From Chiloscyllium plagiosum (lineage: Eukaryota), in contig NC_057719.1 in NCBI RefSeq assembly GCF_004010195.1, forward strand, positions 12,501,969 to 12,565,968: DNA of 64,000 nucleotides. The letters run 5' to 3'. Positions 52,821-64,000 of the stretch are shown here, piece by piece. A program made the position numbers and the translations under genes. The first letter of the stretch is position 1; each line of letters begins with the position of its first letter. The notes under the pieces are model-generated. The model did not search any database and was not told the DNA's origin. It saw nothing but the letters and a program-made list of their open reading frames with translations.

Positions 52821-53213
52821 GGACGCTCCGCCGGCCAGATCCTCTCCCGCTGTCTCGAGCCATTATTTGAAAAATTTGAGTCAGAATTGGAGAAATTGTC
52901 CTTTGAAGATGTAGTGTGAGATAGATAGAGCCCTCCCTGCAGGAACTTGGGGCCACCTTCAGAAACTCAAATGTAGTCGGAAAAGACGCAGGGGGAGAAA
53001 CATCATTGAAGTTGCTCCGTCCTCCCGTGGGATGAAGGGATGAATTTGTGATCAGAATCTCGCCAGTAAGCCTCCCGTTGTATTCCAAAACGCTGTGCAG
53101 GCGTGACAAGCAAAATTAGCAACTCTCATTTCCCAGAGTGAGAGTTAGGAGACTCTCCCGCAGCAGAAACCTTCACACAGCACAGCAACTTCACAGCTTA
53201 CCGCACAGTAACC

Positions 53214-53236
53214 ATGCCGAAGAAAAAGGGAAAAGG
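53214..53236 (+). CDS. BBOF1: BBOF1 (CCDC176) first coding segment
   Basis: accATGCCGAAGAAAAAGGGAAAAGG|gtaaca; MPKKKGK(G); phase 2 matches the next exon; Lys-rich start like mammalian MPSKGKDKKKGK. Confidence 0.85.
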
Positions 53237-53510
53237 GTAACATGCCTGCGTATTTTCCTTTAAATGTTGACTAACTCGGTGCTGTTCAAACCTAATTTTA
53301 AAAGTTTCGCCGCCTCTACTCTGTTTTGCTACGTCTCCATTCAAACCATTGCCATGAAAAATCGTCAGACCATTTAGCAAAACAAAAATGGATGGGGAAG
53401 TATTACTAAACAAAAACACTTTGGGGGGAGGGATCTGTTTGTGGTGCACAGACTTCGAACGGCTCACCAAGGTAAATAGGGAGGAACATTTCCCACTGTA
53501 GAGGGGGTCA

Positions 53511-54408
53511 GGCAGCATCGGAGAAGCAGGAAAATCGACGTTTCGGGCAAAAGCCCTTCATCAGGAATAGAGGCAGAGTGCCTGCAGGGTGGAGAGATAA
53601 ATGAGAGGAGGGTAGGGGTGGGGAGAAAGTAGCATTATTGAGTGCAATAGGTGAATGGGGGTGGGGATGGAGGTGATAGGTCAGGGAGGAGGGTGGGGTA
53701 AGGTAGCAAAGAGTACAATGGGTGAATGGGGGTGGGGATGAAGGTGATAGGTCAGAGAGGAGAGTGGANNNNNNNNNNNNNNNNNNNNNNNNNNNNNNNN
53801 NNNNNNNNNNNNNNNNNNNNNNNNNNNNNNNNNNNNNNNNNNNNNNNNNNNNNNNNNNNNNNNNNNNNNNNNNNNNNNNNNNNNNNNNNNNNNNNNNNNN
53901 NNNNNNNNNNNNNNNNNNNNNNNNNNNNNNNNNNNNNNNNNNNNNNNNNNNNNNNNNNNNNNNNNNNNNNNNNNNNNNNNNNNNNNNNNNNNNNNNNNNN
54001 NNNNNNNNNNNNNNNNNNNNNNNNNNNNNNNNNNNNNNNNNNNNNNNNNNNNNNNNNNNNNNNNNNNNNNNNNNNNNNNNNNNNNNNNNNNNNNNNNNNN
54101 NNNNNNNNNNNNNNNNNNNNNNNNNNNNNNNNNNNNNNNNNNNNNNNNNNNNNNNNNNNNNNNNNNNNNNNNNNNNNNTTCATCCCCACCCCCATTCACC
54201 TATTGTACTCAATGCTACTTTCTCCCCACCCCCACGCTCCTCTCATTTATCTCTCCACCCGGCAGGCACTCTGCCTCTATTCCTGATGAAGGGCTTTTGC
54301 CCAAAACGTCGATTCTCCTGCTCCTCTGATGCTGCCTGACCTGCTGTGCTTTTCCAGCACCACTCTAATCTAGAATCTGGTTTCCAGCATCTGCAGCCCT
54401 TGTTTTTA
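53511..54408. mobile_element. Penelope-like element with inverted pLTRs spanning the assembly gap
   Basis: 53511-53768 is the reverse complement of 54179-~54340; intact hammerhead core at 53537-53564 (minus) and a GAAA->AAAA copy at 54283-54310 (plus); TSD cccactgtagagggg(g)tca at 53492-53510 and 54409-54426. Confidence 0.82.
53769..54178. other. Assembly gap (410 N)
   Basis: Run of N. Confidence 1.
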
Positions 54409-54640
54409 CCCACTGTAGAGGGGTCAATGGCTAAACAGGGGGCACAGTTTTTTAGGGAGGAACATTTCCCAATGTAGAGGGGTCAATGGCTAAACGGGGG
54501 CATAATTCTTTAGGGAGAAATATTTCCCTTCCATAGAGGGGTCAATGGTTAAACAGGAGGCGTAGTTTTTTAGGGAAAAACATTTCCCTTCCATGGGGGG
54601 GAGGGGGGGCAATGGCTAAACGGGGCCACAGTTATTTTTT
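54409..54640 (+). repeat. ~59-bp tandem repeat (about 4 units) derived from a CR1 3' segment
   Basis: Repeated TAGGGAGGAACATTTCCC...TAGAGGGGTCAATGGCTAAAC.GGGGC...TTTT; the first unit starts at ~53477, before the PLE insertion. Confidence 0.85.
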
Positions 54641-55583
54641 TAAGTGGGGAGCAAAGTCTTTTGACCGGATTTGAGGGAAAAAGAGGGTTGTGATATCTCG
54701 AACTCGCAATCAAAAAGGATCGTAGAGGCGGGAACCCTCAAGACATAAGAATTTTTTAGATGAACTCTTGAAACGCCATAGCATACAAGGGTTCAGGCTA
54801 AGTGCTGGGGAAAGGGGGGATTAGAAGATGTTCGATTAACTGCGCGGCGTACACGATGTGGGCGTGTTTCAGTGTTGTAAAATATGATTACTCACCACCC
54901 CCTTACCTTGGAAAATACTGAAATGGACATCTGTGAAGTAAGGAGGATATTGGTCAACATCTATAAAAGAAAACAGGTTGGCATTTGGAATATCATCATC
55001 AGAGTTATGTTAACGTTGTAATATTATTTGTATATATGAAATATTGAGCTTGATTTTGTATTGTTATTCTTAAGTAGGACCGTATACTGGCAACTAGCAT
55101 ATAATTTAAGGAAGGTCAAGATAGTTTGTTAGAAAATCAACAACTGTCGTTTGCTTTACCTGTACGGCCACATTATTATTATTACGCTGATCATATGTCA
55201 ATCAACAAACATCCTCTATTGGTTCACTACATCATAGTCATAAATACCATCGTAGGAACATATGCATAGGGCATAATTCAAATTGCGATGGCGCAGTTGG
55301 CTACATTTCGGTAACCTAATTGATTATATTTATATAATTTGTGTGTAATGAAGTGACATTTAATTCCTTTCTTTCTGGGAACGTATTTAATGCTCTCCTC
55401 TAGGCATGTCTCCCTATGCCATTTATGTTCGCCGGATGAAAGGCTCGAGAACTGATTAGTCCACCGCTCGTGACACTATGTCAAGCTTTATGTAGGGTAC
55501 TTAACCCTCCATAATGAGTTGTTTCCTTAAGGAAGTAGGGGAGAAATGAGATAATAATTGTGGATGGGGTTAATTTAGAAATG

Positions 55584-55711
55584 AGGAGAAAGTGAGGTCT
55601 GCAGATGCTGGAGATCAGAGCTGAAAATGTGTTGCTGGAAAAGCGCAGCAGGTCAGGCAGCATCCAGGGAACAGGAGAATCGACGTTTCGGGCATAAGCC
55701 CTTCTTCAGGC
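55584..55711 (-). mobile_element. Short Penelope-terminus insertion with intact hammerhead core (55682-55709)
   Basis: Minus strand CTGAAGA-A-GGGC-TTAT-GCCC-GAAACGTC; perfect TSD ttaatttagaaatg at 55570-55583 and 55712-55725. Confidence 0.85.
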
Positions 55712-56457
55712 TTAATTTAGAAATGGTTAATTTAGATTGATGTCCAAAGATAGTCTGTAGAATTTACCATCAATCTTTTCCTCCGTGGTAAAATATTTAA
55801 GCATATCGATACTTGTCATGGGTTTATGATTTACTAACCTGCCAAACTCTGAAAAATGTAAACTTGAATGGGGTACCAGTGACTGGACATTTACAGAATT
55901 GCAGCCTTGTATGAATACTGCAAGGCGAAACCTTGATAGAAAGAGAACTCAGTTACTTGTTAAATTATATAAAGCTCGATGATTTCAAATGGGGGTAACT
56001 TTATATCTTAATATATAAACAAACATATACCAATCTAGATTAAATGCTTGAAATGTACAGCAAACCAGGTGAATAAGCTGAATTTTTGTTCTGGGTTGAG
56101 GACCCCGACTTCGGGTGACCTTCGATTTTATTTATTTAATTATCCACCACCCATACAAAAATAAATCAAGCCTTAAAATACTGACAACTTACACTTGTCC
56201 TTGAAGAACCATCTCCAACACTGACATATCAGTGGTCCTATCTACAGAGGTTAGCACTGCCATTGTAGACTGGAAAAGAGCGTGGGAGCCTCAAGATGAT
56301 AGCATTTGTTTTCACAGAAGGCCATAGCTACAGACTGGCGTGGTTGTGGAAGGACAGTCAGTAAGCACAGCTGTGGCCCAAATGTTTATGCTGAAGGTGG
56401 GAGCTAGCGCAGCTGGAAGACTGCATCACCAAATAAAGAATACATTTTTTTATTAAG

Positions 56458-56707
56458 GAAAGGAAATAAGGATGAAAAGGCTGAACCAAAACCCGTGGAA
56501 TCAGATACAGAGAAGGCGATGGCTAATGCAGCTTTGTGGGAATCGAGACTGAACACGGTTGAGAAGTCGCGAGTGGAGTACCGTGACACAGCACGGACAC
56601 TTGCCAGGACCAATGAAACCTTAATGAACGATCGGTTTCAGGTAGAGAGAGATGCCATGGAAGTGATCACATACTTAAAGAAACAGGACTTGGAGAAAGA
56701 GACAATG
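56458..56707 (+). CDS. BBOF1: BBOF1 coding exon 2
   Basis: ttttttattaag|GAAAGG...ACAATG|gtaata; KGNKDEKAEPKPVESDTEKAMANAALWESRLNTVEKSRVEYRDTARTLARTNETL...VITYLKKQDLEKETM matches the BBOF1 motifs ANASLWEARL / YRDT / SYLKKQDQEKDNM. Confidence 0.93.
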
Positions 56708-57549
56708 GTAATAATCTTGTTTAATTATGTATTTTAAAATGTTGTTGTTTAACATGTATTTAATCTTCTCCCCATTGGAAAGATTTAAACGTGGAGGACT
56801 GAGAAAGATATACATGTGTTTCGAAGGCGACAACATGTTCAATGACTTTGGGCAGAAAGGGATTTTGAAGAGGGGGTATCATTTTCAGCGATATGGGAGT
56901 TATATGTTGGTTCTTTGAGAAGTGTCCCCATTGATATCGACTAATAGGTATGTTAATGAACCCACAACCAGGATGACGCCAAATGATCAGCACCCACAGA
57001 GTGCAAGCAGCAACATGCTAGATTAAAAATATGTACCGAAGTTGTTCCGTTAATGAAAATTAGCAGCTGTCTGTTAAGTAAATTTATTGAGATTTTCAAG
57101 CAAATTGAACATACATTACTTACCTTCTAATGTGGGAATGGTGATTTTATGCTAAGGAACAGAACACAAGAATAGGACAATAAAAGAAAAGAATTGTGAA
57201 TGCTACAACCTCCTTCACTGGACTCAAATCTTTAACTCTGTTTTTTTCTCCAAAAATGCTGCAAGCATTCTGCCTGATGACAATAAATTTAATGGAGAGG
57301 GGAACAAACCCTGAAGAGCAAGAACCATTAACAATATCAAATAACATAGGAAATAAGGTGGTCAGGAGGGGAGTGGGAACATGGGTAGTGGGAGATCTCA
57401 TGGACTAGGTGAAGTGTAGAGAAGGCACGAGGGAGATAGAAAAGAAAGAGAGATTGTTTTTTATATATATCAGTTATGAGAAAGGATAATGGACCATTGG
57501 CCTTTCTCAAGGGAACCAGAAGTTATGCTTGCTTTGTAGAGAGTCTTGG

Positions 57550-57938
57550 TCACATAGCGTCATAGAGATGTACAGCATGGAAACAGACCCTTTGGTCCAA
57601 CCCGTCCATGCCAACCAGATATCCCAACCCAATCTATTCCCACCTGCCAGCACCCGGCCCATATCCCTCCAAACCCTTTCTATTCATATACCCATCCGAA
57701 TGCCTCTTAAATGTTGTAATTATACCAGCCTCCACGACATCCTCTGGTCCCTGTAGCTCAGATCTTCCAACCCTGGCAACATCCTTGTAAATCTTTTATG
57801 AATCCTTTCAAGTTTCACAACATCTTTCCGATAGGAAGGAGACCAGAATTGCACACAATATTCCAACAATGGTCTAACCAATGTCCTGTACTCAATACTC
57901 TGACCAATAAAGGAAAGCATATCAAACACCTTCTTCAC
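57550..57938 (-). mobile_element. CR1 3' fragment with internal deletions
   Basis: LVRPLLEYCVQFWSPSYRKDVVKLER; same tail again at 63900-64000. Confidence 0.88.
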
Positions 57939-58532
57939 ATGTGGAGAACTGCGTTCTGTGTGAACAGATTGACCTTGAAGAGGGGAGTCTATAGTTTCAT
58001 CCGACCGGGGTTTAGAGGATTAAATTTTGGGGACATATTACATAACTGTGGCTTGTATTTCCTTGATGGCTAGGATTACTGCTGTTTACAATGTTAAAAG
58101 GATTTAATGTAATCAAAACAAAAAACTTTCTTTTGTGGCTGACAAATCAAAAACCATGAGACATAATCCTAAAATTAGGGGGAAAGAAATTCAGGAACAA
58201 ATCAGGATACATCTTTTCACAAAAAGGCCAGGAGCATCCTGACAGTCTATCTCCTTCAATTTGCACATGGAGTTTTGAAAACTAAGAATGATAGATTATT
58301 GCAAGGTAAGGGTATCAAGGGATATGGGAAAAGATGGGTAAAAGAGGTTGAGATGTAGGTCGGTCATGATCAAATTGAATTGCAGAGTAGAGTCCAAGGA
58401 CTGACTGGGCTAAACCTATTCCTGTATTCTCAGTATTAGTTTTTACTTTGATTAAGTCAAGTGCTTTTGGTACAGAATGGCTTAAGTGTTCATGAATTTA
58501 CATGGCATATTCTGAGTCTTGGCATTTGAAAG

Positions 58533-58629
58533 GACGTGGAAAAAGTGAGGACTGCAGATGCTGGAGATCAGAGTCAAAAAGTGTGGTGCTGGAAAAGCAC
58601 AGCCGGTCAGCCTTTTCCATTACCACACT
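58533..58629 (-). mobile_element. Very short Penelope-terminus insertion with small inversion
   Basis: Family tail GTGAGGACTGCAGATGCTGGAGATCAGAG; TSD atttgaaag at 58524-58532 and 58630-58638. Confidence 0.7.
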
Positions 58630-58737
58630 ATTTGAAAGTGCTTGCCTGCATGAAGGGGATTAAAATGTGTCACTGAAATTTTCCACTCTCAAAGAGTTGA
58701 ATTTTGTCAATGTAATTGCAGATTTTGTATTTTTCAG

Positions 58738-58803
58738 ATCACCAAACTGCAACAGCAATTAGTGGATCAAAAGCAACAAGCAGCTGAGGAAAACAAAACA
58801 ATT
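58738..58803 (+). CDS. BBOF1: BBOF1 coding exon 3
   Basis: tttgtatttttcag|ATCACC...ACAATT|gtaagt; 66 nt; ITKLQQQLVDQKQQAAEENKTI (coiled coil). Confidence 0.92.
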
Positions 58804-59169
58804 GTAAGTGACTGAAGTTTTCCAGTTACAGTAGTATTTATGGCACTTGTCATCTTTGAAGGTTCAAGGGAAGCACTGGATTAAAGTATGTTGACTAGTA
58901 AAGCATTTTAGGAAGTATGTCAAGACCTGGGAGAGGGTCTTGACAATTTACTTGGATAAGAAATTTGAATAACATAGAGAAACTAGTGTAAGTGGTGTTT
59001 TGCTAAAAGAAGGTCGAGAACAAATTTGATAAGTTAAAAATCACACAGTGTGATTTTTAACTTTGTACACCCCAGTCCAACACCGGCATCTCCGAATCAT
59101 GACAAATTTGATAAAGGTATTCAAAATTATGAGAATGGTTTTGATGGGGTAAATAAGGAGACACTGGAC

Positions 59170-61056
59170 TGAAATGTGTGCCATACATCATAAGCAGCAA
59201 GTGATAGACAGAGCTAAGCAATTCCACAACCAACAGGTCAGAACTAAGCTCTGCAATCCTGCAACATTTTGTTGTGAATGGTAGTGGATAATTAAGCAAC
59301 TCACTGAAGGAGGAGGCTACACAAACATTCCCAGCTGCAATGATGGGGAGCCCAGCTCATCAGTGCAAAAGGTAAGGCAGTAGCATTCTTCAGCCTCCAG
59401 AGGTTCCCAGCATCACCATCTTCAGCCAATGTGATTTACTTCTCGATATTAGGTAATGGTTGAAGCCACTGTGTAGGCTGTAGGCCCTGACAACATTATG
59501 GCAATAGTATTGAAGACGTGCACCAGAACTTGCCACTCCCCAAGCCAAGCTGTTCCAGTGCAGTTACTACACTGGCATCTGCTTGATATTGTGGAAAATT
59601 GCCCAGTTATGTCTTTGTACACAAAAGCAGGACCCAGCAATTATCACCCCGTCAATCTACTCTCGACCATCTGTAATGGAAGGTGTCATCAACAGATTGA
59701 TCAAGCAGCACTTGCTAAGCAATAATCTGCTCACTGATGCTTAAAATCAATGAGGTAAAAACAATGACTGCAGATGCTGGAAACCAGATTCTGGATTAGT
59801 GGTGCTGGAAGAGTACAGCAGTTCAGGCAGCATCCAAGGAGCTTCGAAATCGACGTTTCGGGCAAAAGCCCTTCATCACTGATGCTTAGTTTGGGTTTCA
59901 TCAGGGTTACTTAGCTCCTGATCTCATTACAGCCTTGGTTCTAACATGGATAAAGGAACTGGATTCCAAAGGTAAAGTGAGAGTAACTGCTATTGACATC
60001 AAGTCTGCATTTTCAGAGTGTGGCTCTCATAAAGCTGGAGTCAATAGCAATCACAGGGAAAACTTTCCACTGATTGGAGTAATACCTGGTACAAAGAAGA
60101 TGGTTGTGATTATCAGAGGTCAGTCATCTCAGCTCCAGGACATCTTTGCTGGAGTTCGTCAGGGTAGGCTAAACCATCTTCAGCTGCTTCAATACTGTAA
60201 TTCCCTCCATCCTAAGGTCATAACTAGGAATGTCTGCTCATGACTGCACAATATTAAGCACCATTCATGATTCCTCCAATACCGCAGCAGTCAAAGTGCA
60301 GCAAGATCTGGAGGTCAATTTGAGCTGAAAAGTGGCAAAAAAACATTTGCTCCACATAAGTATCAGACAATGACCATCTCCAATAAGAGAGAATTTAACA
60401 TTTAACATTCAATGGAATTAATGAAGCCTCATTATCAACATTCTGGACCAGAAATTGAACTGAACCAGCCATATAAATACTGTGGCAACAAGAACAGGAC
60501 AAAGGCTAGGAATCATGCAGTGAGTAACCATCTTCATGACTTCTGTTAGGCTGTCCACAATCCACAAGGCACAAGTGAGGAGTGAAATGGATGAGTGCTC
60601 TATCAACACTGAAGTTTGACACCATCAGGAAAAATCAGCCTGCTTGACTGGCATCGCATCCACAAATATTCACTCCCTCCACCAACAACACCCATCAACA
60701 GTGTGTATAATCAAGAAAGTCCATTGTAGAAATTCAACAAAGCTCCTTCAACAACCATTTCCAAACTCTCTACCGCTAGCATCTAGAATGACAAGGGCAG
60801 CAAATGCATGAAAACACCACCACCTGCAAGTCTCCCTCCAAGCCACACTCCATCCTGACTTGGAAATATATCACTATTCATTCACTGTCGCTGGTCAAAA
60901 CCCTGGAACTCTCTTCCTAATAGCATTGTGGATCCACCTAAGCAAGTGGACTGCAACAAGAAGGCAGCTCATCACCACCTGCACAAAGGAAACTAAGGAT
61001 TGGCAATAAGTGCCAGCCGAGCTAGTGACACCCACAGCTATGAATGAATAAACAAA
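59170..61056 (+). mobile_element. L2-like LINE (RT to 3' end), decayed
   Basis: NYHPVNLLS, VTAIDIKSAF, AGVRQG; tail GGCAATAAGTGC...ATGAATGAATAAA. Confidence 0.82.
59744..59875 (-). mobile_element. Short Penelope-terminus insertion within an L2-like LINE
   Basis: Perfect TSD tcactgatgctta at 59731-59743 and 59876-59888; truncated inside the CTGATGA box. Confidence 0.83.
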
Positions 61057-63189
61057 AAAAGATTTAGCAATAATCAGTTCTACGTGGTGGCGGTGGAAAT
61101 TGTTTTCATTGTTGAAATGTATGTCATGACCAGAAGGCATGAAGAGAAATCTGAAAGAAAACTATATTTTCTTCTTTAAATTCTGTTTGTGTTAAAAATA
61201 CAAACAAGCTTGCTGAATTTATAAAATGGCCATACCTGATCATATACTTGCATTTCCAGGAGCTTTTGCACTCTTTGCATTGTGTAAACATTTCAGCTAA
61301 AGCTGACACAAAGTACTTGAAAACTTGCTTCCATCCAGCTCTGGGCAAAAGAAAACCTCAATGCTTTATATTAAAATAGGCACTATTGCTCTTACACTTA
61401 TCTTGTCACCTCACAATGGATACTCACATGGGGGAAAGTAATGCTATAGTGTTAGCACAACAATCTTCCAAATAGCCCATTAAGATGGACTTTCACCATC
61501 TGAAATGTCTGTCCTTGTCACATGAAGGAAATTGCTTAAGTATGCAAATCTGGGAATCTAAACCAGTTGCTATCTTAACATTACAGGAGCACCAGCTCTA
61601 GATCTTACCAGTTAAGAGGCATGCTGTCCATCTCTTTTCTCTCTCAAAAGTACATCTCCAGAAAAAATCTTGGACTTTGTCTTCCAATCTGGACTAATTA
61701 TCTGAGTATAAGAAATATTGCTGTGCCTTTTGACTGCATCCCAACTTCCAGGAAAATAATTGGTATAGGATTAACCAATTCATAGATTCTCAATTGGACA
61801 TTGACTCACTGAACTCTAAGTCACATACATTAATACCAGCATTCTTGACTATTGGGGAAAAAAAATCATAAGTTGTAACTTGCCTTATAGGTCTGCGCAT
61901 GTGTGCATGTATACATGTGTGTCTATGTGTGAGAGAGAGCGAAAGAGTGAGAATGAAGTAGCAAAGAATCAGCCCTACATTTTGAAAGCTTATTAATAAA
62001 CCCTACCTTTTATTTAATTTTAAAAGATATTTCTATAGGTTTAATAAAAAGACAGGGTTTGGGAAATACTTTTAGCCTCAGTAAGAGTTAGGCTTAAAGA
62101 GGGAAAGGAGAAAAGGGTTTGAGGAGAAAAGCAATCCTAATTTAAATTCACCCCATTCTCTCTTTGCCCATGACATGTTGGATATAAAAGAAAGGACAGG
62201 AAGCAGTGCAAAATGGTTGCTCCTCAATCTAGAGGATGGTAGAGAGTTCACCCAAGGGTCAATACAAGAACCACTGCTTTTTAAATATATATCGATGATT
62301 TGGAATAGAGTAAAATTTCAATATTTCAATTTCAAGATTCTTGAGGGACTTACAGTAGGTATCGAGAGGTTGTTTCAGAGGACATTATCTCAGAATAAGG
62401 GGCTGCCCAGTTAGGGGAGAGAGAGAGAGAGAAATAAGGAATTTCTTCTCTCAGAGAGTAGTGAATCTTTGCAACTTTTTATTGTAGAGGGCCATTAAGG
62501 GTGACATAGCTAGATTTTTAATCAGTAAGGGAATTGAGGGTTATGCGGAAAAGGCAAGAAAGTGAAGTTGAGATTATCAGATGCATGATCTCATTGAATA
62601 GCTCGATGGTCTGAATAGCAAATTTATGCTCTTGCGTCTTATGCTCTTATCACCTGATCAAATCAAAAATAGATTCAAGGTTTTGGGCAAGGTGTGTAGA
62701 GAGGCACTCCAGGGAAGAATGGTTCTTACCTCGTAGACAGTTAATTGTAATGACCTGGAAATTTTTCTCTGAGCACAGTGAAAACAGAGATAATCCAGTG
62801 ATTTCAGAAAGAAATTAGTTGGGCACTTGAGTGAATTAATTTTAAAAATAAGTGAGGCTGGATCATAGGTAACGGACTAACAAAGGGTGACAGGATCAAA
62901 ACGTGTGGTGCTGGAAAAGCACAGCAGGTCGGGCAACATCCAAGGAGCAGGAGAGTCAACATTTTGGGCATAGGCCTTTCATTAGCAATGTTGACATAGA
63001 TTTGATGGGCCAAATTACCTTCTTTGTGCTGTAATTTCTTCAGTACTTCATGTGGTATCCAAATGTTTCAGGGAAATACAATTGGATCCATAATTATTAG
63101 CAAATAACCTACATTTATAAGGAGTGCAATGCTCTATCCAAGTAGTCACTGTTAGCTGAACTTGCTCTCACACCTTCATCTTCCTATAG

Positions 63190-63333
63190 GTTGAAAGCTA
63201 CACTCAACAGTTGGAACAAATGCAAGGCAAAATGTTACAAAAAACAAAAGAAATACAGCTGATCCAAGAGGAACTGAACAGGGTAAAGGAGTTTAGGAAG
63301 AAACAAATTCTTTTGGAAAATGAATTGGATGAT
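63190..63333 (+). CDS. BBOF1: BBOF1 coding exon 4 (gene continues past the window)
   Basis: cttcctatag|GTTGAA...GATGAT|gtgagt; 144 nt; VESYTQQLEQMQGKMLQKTKEIQLIQEELNRVKEFRKKQILLENELDD. Confidence 0.93.
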
Positions 63334-64000
63334 GTGAGTCTATTCAGATTTCCTGTTTCTTTATGTACATCTTTAAGCAAATATATAGTTATATACAAAA
63401 CTGTTACCACCTCTGTGTGGATATAATTTAAATTTATAATCAGTCTTAAAATAAATACGCTGAAAACACAATATTCCAGACAACTTGCTCATTTATGTCA
63501 TCTTTGTATCAGCGCCAGTTTCATATTTGCCTTCCACTGTGCCACTCTTCTGCAAATAATGCCTATATGAACAGGTTACTTATCATTAACAGTTGTCATT
63601 GGAATGTAAAAAGTATTTCATTTATGTGAAGTGAGGAGTTTCAGTTTGAAAATAATTATATGAATCCAAGTATTTATTTTTTCTTTTTGTTCAATATTAA
63701 TATCCCATTTACTGATAATTGTTCTATTCTGTCTTCCCATTCACTATATTTGTGGCTAAAATGATAAGCAAGGGATTTACTCATTGCACAACTACTACTC
63801 TCTTGCCAAAGCTAACAAATATTGTCGGTAACTCCCCTTCCTCCAAATTCCATCCATCCACCCTCAAAGACAGTTATTGTAGTGATAGGCCCTCTTATAT
63901 AGAGTCATAGAGATGTACTTCGGTCTAACCCGTCCATGCCGACCAGATATTCCAACCCAATCTAGTCCCACCTGCCAACACCCTGCCCAAATCCCTCCAA

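Larger units (their letters stand above)
52590..53213. promoter_or_regulatory. CpG-rich bidirectional promoter / 5' region shared by ENTPD5 (-) and BBOF1 (+)
   Basis: The clearest CpG-dense stretch in the window (core 52590-52860). GC boxes 52659-52671; CGTCA half-CREs at 52710, 52739, 52746, 52762; X-box GTTTCCATGGTGAC at 52807-52820; divergent gene starts on either side. Confidence 0.85.

Noticed and set aside
52279..53109. Several 60-120 aa ORFs over the promoter
   Set aside because: Expected in GC-rich DNA; overlapping frames on both strands and no recognisable protein.
53681..54339. Long ORFs (147-205 aa) in the ORF track
   Set aside because: Artefacts of reading through the 410-N gap.
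54409..54640. Regularly spaced repeats resembling a CRISPR array
   Set aside because: Whole units repeat with no unique spacers; CR1-derived sequence in a vertebrate intron; no cas genes.
56098..56122. Small hairpin containing CTTCGG
   Set aside because: Short stem, no supporting context; likely chance or a repeat remnant.

Overview
Eukaryotic (vertebrate) genomic DNA, most likely a shark or other elasmobranch, judging by an HE1/V-SINE and by the CR1, L2-like and Penelope repeat landscape. Two intron-rich genes sit head-to-head around a small CpG-rich bidirectional promoter (~52.6-53.2 kb). ENTPD5 is on the minus strand: a probable 5'UTR exon plus nine coding exons, 895 nt in frame, apyrase motifs ACR1-4 intact, one GC-AG intron, and the 3' exons lie off the left edge. 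BBOF1/CCDC176 is on the plus strand: the first four coding exons, continuing off the right edge. The introns are mostly decayed retroelements: many CR1 LINEs, L2-like LINEs and SINEs, a near-complete Gmr1-type Gypsy element (integrase upstream of RT) nested inside the integrase of an older Gypsy element, and over a dozen Penelope-like fragments whose termini carry minimal hammerhead-ribozyme motifs of three sequence types. There is one 410-N assembly gap. No prokaryotic features or CRISPR arrays. Most ORFs in the supplied track are transposon debris or spurious. Coordinates of old repeats are approximate; exon coordinates were read base by base. No database searches were run; protein identities come from recalled sequences and motifs.
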